The position numbers and the translations under genes were made by a program. Shown piece by piece: positions 59,131-64,000 of a stretch of DNA of 64,000 bases. The notes beneath the pieces are model-generated. The model searched no databases. It had not been told where the DNA came from and saw only the letters and a program-made list of their open reading frames with translations. Position 1 is the first letter of the stretch. The number at the start of each line of letters is the position of its first letter. This DNA is from Candidatus Poribacteria bacterium. GTDB taxonomy: Bacteria; Poribacteria; WGA-4E; WGA-3G. The stretch is taken from NCBI GenBank assembly GCA_965215265.1, contig OZ244048.1, positions 2,464,001 to 2,528,000 of the forward strand. Reading direction: 5' to 3'.

Positions 59131-59934
59131 ATGAAAATTGGACTCATGGAGGGCACGATTCGCCGCCAAACGTTAGGCGAGACATTTGATGCTGTTGTGG
59201 AGCACGGTGTCCACCATTTACAATATCATGTGTCTGCATCTGCTCCACTCGCCGAAATTCGCAAAGAGTTGGACGTGCGGCAGATAACCATCTCTGCGCT
59301 TTCAGGCACGTATAATATGATCGATCCGGATGTCCAGAAACGTCGTGATGGATTGAGTATGTTGCGCGTGGTGGCAGCAGCGTGTGAACCGCTCGGAACA
59401 TCCGTAATTACACTCTGCACAGGCAGCCGGGATTCGGACAGTATGTGGCGTGCCCATCCGGATAATAGTAGCGATTCTGCGTGGCGCGATCTGGTTGATT
59501 CGATGGAGCAGGCACTACAGGTTGCAGAAGCGTACGGTGTTACCCTCGCCTTGGAACCCGAGGTCGCGAATGTTATCGATTCAGCCCAAAAAGCCCGTCG
59601 TCTACTTGATGAGATGCAATCACCGTTGCTGAAAGTGGTGATGGATGGCGCGAACATCTTTCACAAAGGTGAACTGCCACGCATGCGTGAGATTCTCAAC
59701 GAGGCATTTGACCTGCTCGGTTCCGATATAGCCCTTGCACACGCGAAAGACCTTGACAGGGACGGTGCGGCTGGGCACCTTGCTGCAGGAACCGGATTAT
59801 TAGACTATGAACAGTATCTCGGTTTACTTAAGCAGATCGGCTATGATGGTGCTGTAGTTCTACACGGGTTGTCAGAAGCACAGGTGCCGTATTGTACCGA
59901 ATTTTTGCGTCAAAAGATCGCTGCCATTTTGTAA
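59131..59934 (+). CDS. Sugar phosphate isomerase/epimerase (xylose isomerase-like TIM barrel)
   Basis: LEPE, MDGAN, HAKD, GTGLLDY. Confidence 0.9.
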   Translation: MKIGLMEGTIRRQTLGETFDAVVEHGVHHLQYHVSASAPLAEIRKELDVRQITISALSGTYNMIDPDVQKRRDGLSMLRVVAAACEPLGTSVITLCTGSRDSDSMWRAHPDNSSDSAWRDLVDSMEQALQVAEAYGVTLALEPEVANVIDSAQKARRLLDEMQSPLLKVVMDGANIFHKGELPRMREILNEAFDLLGSDIALAHAKDLDRDGAAGHLAAGTGLLDYEQYLGLLKQIGYDGAVVLHGLSEAQVPYCTEFLRQKIAAIL

Positions 59935-60022
59935 TCGTGATTTTTTTGGTGCCCTCAAACGTAGTGAGGATAGTGCGCCGTTTCAAAGCTTTTCAAAGCT
60001 TTTCAAACCTTGGGTGCGAATC

Positions 60023-60126
60023 CACAAAACGCTCCGGGTATATTGAAGGCAGCTTGAACTTAGATTCACAAAACGCTTCGGGTATATTGAAGGCAGCTTG
60101 AACTTAAATTGCAGATTTGTTATAAT
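60023..60126 (+). promoter_or_regulatory. 44-bp tandem duplication overlapping the promoter of the ABC pair
   Basis: CACAAAACGCT(C/T)CGGGTATATTGAAGGCAGCTTGAACTTA(G/A)ATT x2; TTGAAC-17-TATAAT at 60098-60126. Confidence 0.75.
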
Positions 60127-60144
60127 AGATGAAAGGAGGAACAG

Positions 60145-60825
60145 TTGATGAATCAGAGAAAACCTATTGAGGAACAGATCGATCTCCCGTTTGTTGAATC
60201 GCTCCGTATCAGTTTTCAGAGTTTAAAAATCCGATTCGGTCGTTCGATCATCACGACAGCTGGGATTACCTTAGGGATTGCGTTTCTCGTCTCGGTGTGG
60301 GCAAGCAACGAAATTGACTTAGCGCTTCAAGAGAGCGGCCGGCAAACCCAAATTAACACTTTTGAAGAGACAACCGAACAAGGGATTTCAACAAAAGATA
60401 TCTGGCTAATTATCATGTCGCTCATCGTGTGTGTTGTGGGGATTGCCAATTCGATGCTGATGGCAGTGACAGAACGTTTCCGTGAGATCGGTACTATGAA
60501 ATGTCTGGGTGCGTTGGACGGTTTTGTGGTGCGGCTGTTCTTGCTTGAATCTGGATTCCAAGGTTTTTCAGGTGCGCTCATCGGTGCGCTCATCGGCATT
60601 CTTGGTGCTGTGCTTTTGGGGCTTAAGAACTATGGACTGGATCTGTTTTTCTATTTCCCTTTGTTGCCTGCGCAGTCTGAGAACGGTCCAATGCAGCTGG
60701 GAGTGATAGTTATCATCCTATTGGGCTGTGTACTAGGTATGATTCTAGCCGTGATCGGTTCATCGTTTCCGGCGTGGCGTGCGGCGAAGCTTCCGCCGGC
60801 TGAAGCGATGCGTACGGAGGTGTAG
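60145..60825 (+). CDS. FtsX-like (MacB/LolCE-type) ABC permease, short form
   Basis: RSIITTAGITLGI, VTERFREIGTMKCLGA, PAWRAAKLPPAEAMR. Confidence 0.9.
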   Translation: MMNQRKPIEEQIDLPFVESLRISFQSLKIRFGRSIITTAGITLGIAFLVSVWASNEIDLALQESGRQTQINTFEETTEQGISTKDIWLIIMSLIVCVVGIANSMLMAVTERFREIGTMKCLGALDGFVVRLFLLESGFQGFSGALIGALIGILGAVLLGLKNYGLDLFFYFPLLPAQSENGPMQLGVIVIILLGCVLGMILAVIGSSFPAWRAAKLPPAEAMRTEV

Positions 60826-60860
60826 GGGCGCTGGGCAATGACTTTTAAGAAGGAAAAACT

Positions 60861-61589
60861 ATGGCTGATATTGTTGTGAAAACGGAGGATGTGGTCAAAG
60901 AGTATAGAATGGGTTCAAACGTCCTTCGTGCTTTAGACGGCATCAACATTGAAATTAATCGTGGCGAATACATTTCGTTGATGGGGCCGTCGGGTTCTGG
61001 AAAATCAACGCTCTTTAATATGATTGGTGCGTTGGACCGTCCGACAGAGGGGCAGGTTTACATTGATGGTCAAAACATGTCGCAGCTGTCGCAAAGGCAG
61101 ATTGCAGCGTTTCGGTGTCACCGTGTTGGGTACATTTTTCAGAGTTACAACCTACTGCACGTTCGGAGTGCGCACGGAAATGTGACCCTGCCGATGATTT
61201 TTGCAGGTGTTTCGGAGCGCGCGCGAAATGAAAAAGCCGAGCGGCTGCTTGACATGGTAGGCTTGGGAGACAGAATTTATCACCTGCCAGACGAGCTCTC
61301 AGGCGGTCAACGTCAACGGGTAGCAATCGCGAGGGCGCTCGCGAATGACCCGAGTATCATACTTGCAGATGAGCCGACAGCAAACCTTGATACGATTACG
61401 GGCAGAGAGATTATCGATCTGATTAAGAAATTGAATAGAGAACAAGGGGTTACAGTCATCTCTGCAACGCACGACCTGAAGATGCTTGATGTTTCGGATC
61501 GGATTGTTGATATCCGCGACGGGCTCGTTGAGCGCATCAGGAATAGAGACGAGATTGAGATTGAGATTGGAGAAGTTGGCGGCGAGTAA
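60861..61589 (+). CDS. ABC ATP-binding protein (LolD/MacB-type)
   Basis: GPSGSGKST, LSGGQRQR, ADEPTANLD, ATHD. Confidence 0.95.
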   Translation: MADIVVKTEDVVKEYRMGSNVLRALDGINIEINRGEYISLMGPSGSGKSTLFNMIGALDRPTEGQVYIDGQNMSQLSQRQIAAFRCHRVGYIFQSYNLLHVRSAHGNVTLPMIFAGVSERARNEKAERLLDMVGLGDRIYHLPDELSGGQRQRVAIARALANDPSIILADEPTANLDTITGREIIDLIKKLNREQGVTVISATHDLKMLDVSDRIVDIRDGLVERIRNRDEIEIEIGEVGGE

Positions 61590-61685
61590 TCCCCGGCGGG
61601 GCTGATGGTGGTAGAGCTCGTCTCTGAACTTCAGATTTTCTGTCGGGTCGAGTGGGCTTCGTTCTTTTTAATTCGGTTGGCAGAT

Positions 61686-62711
61686 TTAGGATGTGATTTC
61701 GGATAGCGGTATAGGGCGGTTTTCGCGAAGCGATTGCATCGCCGCGAAAGCCATCACGATAGGGGCACGGCCGTCATCTCCGTTAACCAAAGGTGGAGTA
61801 TCCTCGCGAATGGCGGCAAAAAACGCTTGTAATTCTGCCAGAAATGCCGCCTTATAACGTTGCAGGAAAAAGTATGGTGGCAATGAAACGTGGGTGCCGT
61901 TGCATCCACTGAAGGTGACGTTATCTGTCAATGGATTATGGGCTGTAACCATGCCTTGTGAACCGAAAACCTCCACACGCTGATCGTAGCCGTAGACTGC
62001 CTGTCGGCTATTGTCAATGGTCCCGATAACGCCGTTCTGGAAACGTAAAGTGATAAGAGCGGTATCAATGTCGCCTACCTCACCGATTTTTGGGTTAACT
62101 CGTACGCCGCCCGTGGCGTAGATTTCAGTAACCTCATCGCCAATTAGGTAGCGTGCCATATCAAAATCGTGGATAGTCATATCTAAAAAAAGTCCGCCAG
62201 AAATTTTGACGTAATCGATGGGCGGTGGTGCGGCGTCTCGGCTGGTAATTCGCAAGAGATGGGGTTCGCCGAGCTGCCCCGAAGCAACCGTCTCGCGTAC
62301 CTGAAGAAAATTCGGATCAAATCTGCGATTGAAGCCAACCTGAAATTTAACACCTGCCTTGGCCACGATGGATAGGGTTTCATCAATGCGCCGTAAATCC
62401 AGGTCGATCGGTTTCTCACAAAAGATGTGTTTCTGTGCAGCGGCGGCTTCCTGGCAGATACGTGCGTGCGTATCGGTTGAAGAACAGATAAGCACAGCAT
62501 CAATATCCTGTTCTGCTAACACCGCAGCGGAGTCGGTTGTCACTATCGGGACATTACGCTGTTTTGCGAGTGTTTCTGCGTCAGCTCGGTTTAAGCTGCA
62601 AATCGCGACTAGTTCGGCTTCCGGTATATTCTGAGCGATATGCTCGATGTGAAGTTTACCGATGCGCCCTGCACCAATGACCCCGACGCGGATTTTATCG
62701 GTTTTATTCAT
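61686..62711 (-). CDS. iolG: Inositol 2-dehydrogenase
   Basis: GAGRIG, CEKP, GFNRRFD, ITSRD, DMTIHDFD, YGYDQRVEVFG. Confidence 0.9.
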   Translation of the reverse strand: MNKTDKIRVGVIGAGRIGKLHIEHIAQNIPEAELVAICSLNRADAETLAKQRNVPIVTTDSAAVLAEQDIDAVLICSSTDTHARICQEAAAAQKHIFCEKPIDLDLRRIDETLSIVAKAGVKFQVGFNRRFDPNFLQVRETVASGQLGEPHLLRITSRDAAPPPIDYVKISGGLFLDMTIHDFDMARYLIGDEVTEIYATGGVRVNPKIGEVGDIDTALITLRFQNGVIGTIDNSRQAVYGYDQRVEVFGSQGMVTAHNPLTDNVTFSGCNGTHVSLPPYFFLQRYKAAFLAELQAFFAAIREDTPPLVNGDDGRAPIVMAFAAMQSLRENRPIPLSEITS

Positions 62712-62936
62712 CGGAGATTTCTCCTAGTTCACGGGTAATACGTCGGTTTCCCTGTTTTGAATGCGTTGTTAGGCGGGCCTGCTTCACGGTTCTTTTCTAA
62801 AAGTGCTTTTCGTATACAGGCACCCATTAACGCTTTATGCTTTGATAATGACTGTGTAAATCTCGTCTGAGCCCTTCGATGTTATGAATCTAAACATCGG
62901 ATGAAAAACAGGCATCATTAAAACCGATAAGTTACG

Positions 62937-63830
62937 CTAGAGAATTGAATGGATGTACTTCAAATTCCGCTCCGCGCTCTGCCTTGGACTGCCCATTCCG
63001 GGCAAAACATCTTGCTCTACGACGATCCATCCATCGTAGTTCTGATTTTTCAAAGCTGCGATGAGTTCTGGAAAATCGATGTCGCCTTGCCCGAGTTCGC
63101 AAAAGACCCCTTTTCCGACTGACTTAAAGTAATCCCACTCGTTTGCACGTGAACGTGCGGCAATATCAGGCTGACAGTCCTTAAAATGAACGTGCCAGAC
63201 GCGTTGTGCGTAGCGTTCGAAAGCCTGGGTAGGTTCTCCTCCGCCAAATCGGTAGTGCCCGGTATCGAAGCACAAACCGATAAGCTCTGGGTCGGTAAGT
63301 TTCATCAGCATGTCGACTTCGGCAGGTGCTTCGACGTACCCGGCGCAGTGCGGATGGAAGACGGTGCGGAGTCCGGTTTCCGTTCGGACGGCTTTTGCAA
63401 TACGATGCACGCCGGCTACAAAGGTGTGCCATTGGTGGTTAGCTAAGCTATGTTCAGCAGTGATGCGTCCGGCATATCGGGTTCGGATATCGGAAGTGCC
63501 GTTGTCATCTGAGAGTACAATGAAGGGTGTATCTCCTGCGACTTCGGCTAACAAACGTGCATGACGCAATGCGTCTGCTTCACCGGGGGCGTGGGCTTCA
63601 GCCTGGGCGAGGGCAACCGGTATGAAACTGCCGAGCAACGTCAAGCGGTGCGTCTGAAGTGCCTTACGGAGTTGCGAGGCGTCGGTAGGCATAAACCCCC
63701 AATCGCCCAATTCAGTGCCGAGATAGCCTATTGCCTGCATTTCGTCCAACACCTGCGTGTAATCAAGGGTTTGACCGGCTAATTCAAATTCAAGTATTCC
63801 CCAGGAGCAGGGAGCGTTTGCGATTTTCAT
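62937..63830 (-). CDS. Myo-inosose-2 dehydratase-like TIM barrel protein (IolE-like)
   Basis: ANAPCSWG, FHPH, DTGH, HVHFKD, FCELGQG, WIVVEQD; adjacent to iolG. Confidence 0.8.
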   Translation of the reverse strand: MKIANAPCSWGILEFELAGQTLDYTQVLDEMQAIGYLGTELGDWGFMPTDASQLRKALQTHRLTLLGSFIPVALAQAEAHAPGEADALRHARLLAEVAGDTPFIVLSDDNGTSDIRTRYAGRITAEHSLANHQWHTFVAGVHRIAKAVRTETGLRTVFHPHCAGYVEAPAEVDMLMKLTDPELIGLCFDTGHYRFGGGEPTQAFERYAQRVWHVHFKDCQPDIAARSRANEWDYFKSVGKGVFCELGQGDIDFPELIAALKNQNYDGWIVVEQDVLPGMGSPRQSAERNLKYIHSIL

Positions 63831-63834
63831 TATG

Positions 63835-63999
63835 CTATGGGTTCTCTGTTATGACTTTTTTTAAATCCTCAATGAAATGCTCAAACAACTTGACTTTGTC
63901 GCTTTCCTCGAGTTCTGCTGCCGTTAGCACATAGGTGCCATCAAGCTCTGTTTCCACAATGGCTCGTTCTTTCCTTGCAGGATTCAGCTTTGTCAAGTC
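63835..63999 (-). CDS. 3' end of a gene entering from outside the window; possibly BsaWI-like restriction endonuclease
   Basis: Hand translation ...RAIVETELDGTYVLTAAELEESDKVKLFEHFIEDLKKVITENP*; family call is from recalled resemblance only. Confidence 0.4.
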   Translation of the reverse strand, partial: DLTKLNPARKERAIVETELDGTYVLTAAELEESDKVKLFEHFIEDLKKVITENP

Positions 64000-64000
64000 G

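Noticed and set aside
1-64000. tRNA, rRNA, intact IS transposase, integrase or prophage
   Set aside because: None recognised by eye; small RNAs could have been missed without a covariance search.

Overview
Bacterial chromosome segment. The gene repertoire (cytochrome c-LRR-cohesin-dockerin secreted protein, LRR/lamin-tail protein, WD40 protein, many Gfo/Idh/MocA oxidoreductases) suggests a sponge-symbiont lineage such as Ca. Poribacteria; this is inference only. 1-17.3 kb: minus-strand dcw cluster (rsmH-ftsL-ftsI-murE-alpha/beta hydrolase-murF-ddl-mraY-murD-ftsW-murG-murC-ftsQ-ftsA), without mraZ or murB and containing dispersed palindromic repeats. 18.8-29 kb: frameshifted secreted cytochrome c/LRR protein, hydantoinase B, orphan DNA methyltransferase, rnpB and nrdJ. 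29.4-36.5 kb: direct-repeat-flanked island (WD40, Rpn-like nuclease genes, LRR surface protein whose signal peptide is out of frame at a C8 tract). Then a single-chain restriction-modification enzyme, MATE, a sulfurtransferase with an in-frame UGA at the catalytic position (probable selenoprotein), moeA, a metal-uptake operon led by a CxxC/RAPP leader peptide, mobA, and hydrolase, oxidoreductase, ABC and inositol genes. Top leads: the poly-C switch with two hydrophobic reading frames, the Sec-rhodanese, the RAPP uORF, the Rpn cassette with an internal start, and a palindromic element translated inside FtsI. All calls come from reading the sequence by eye; no searches were run.
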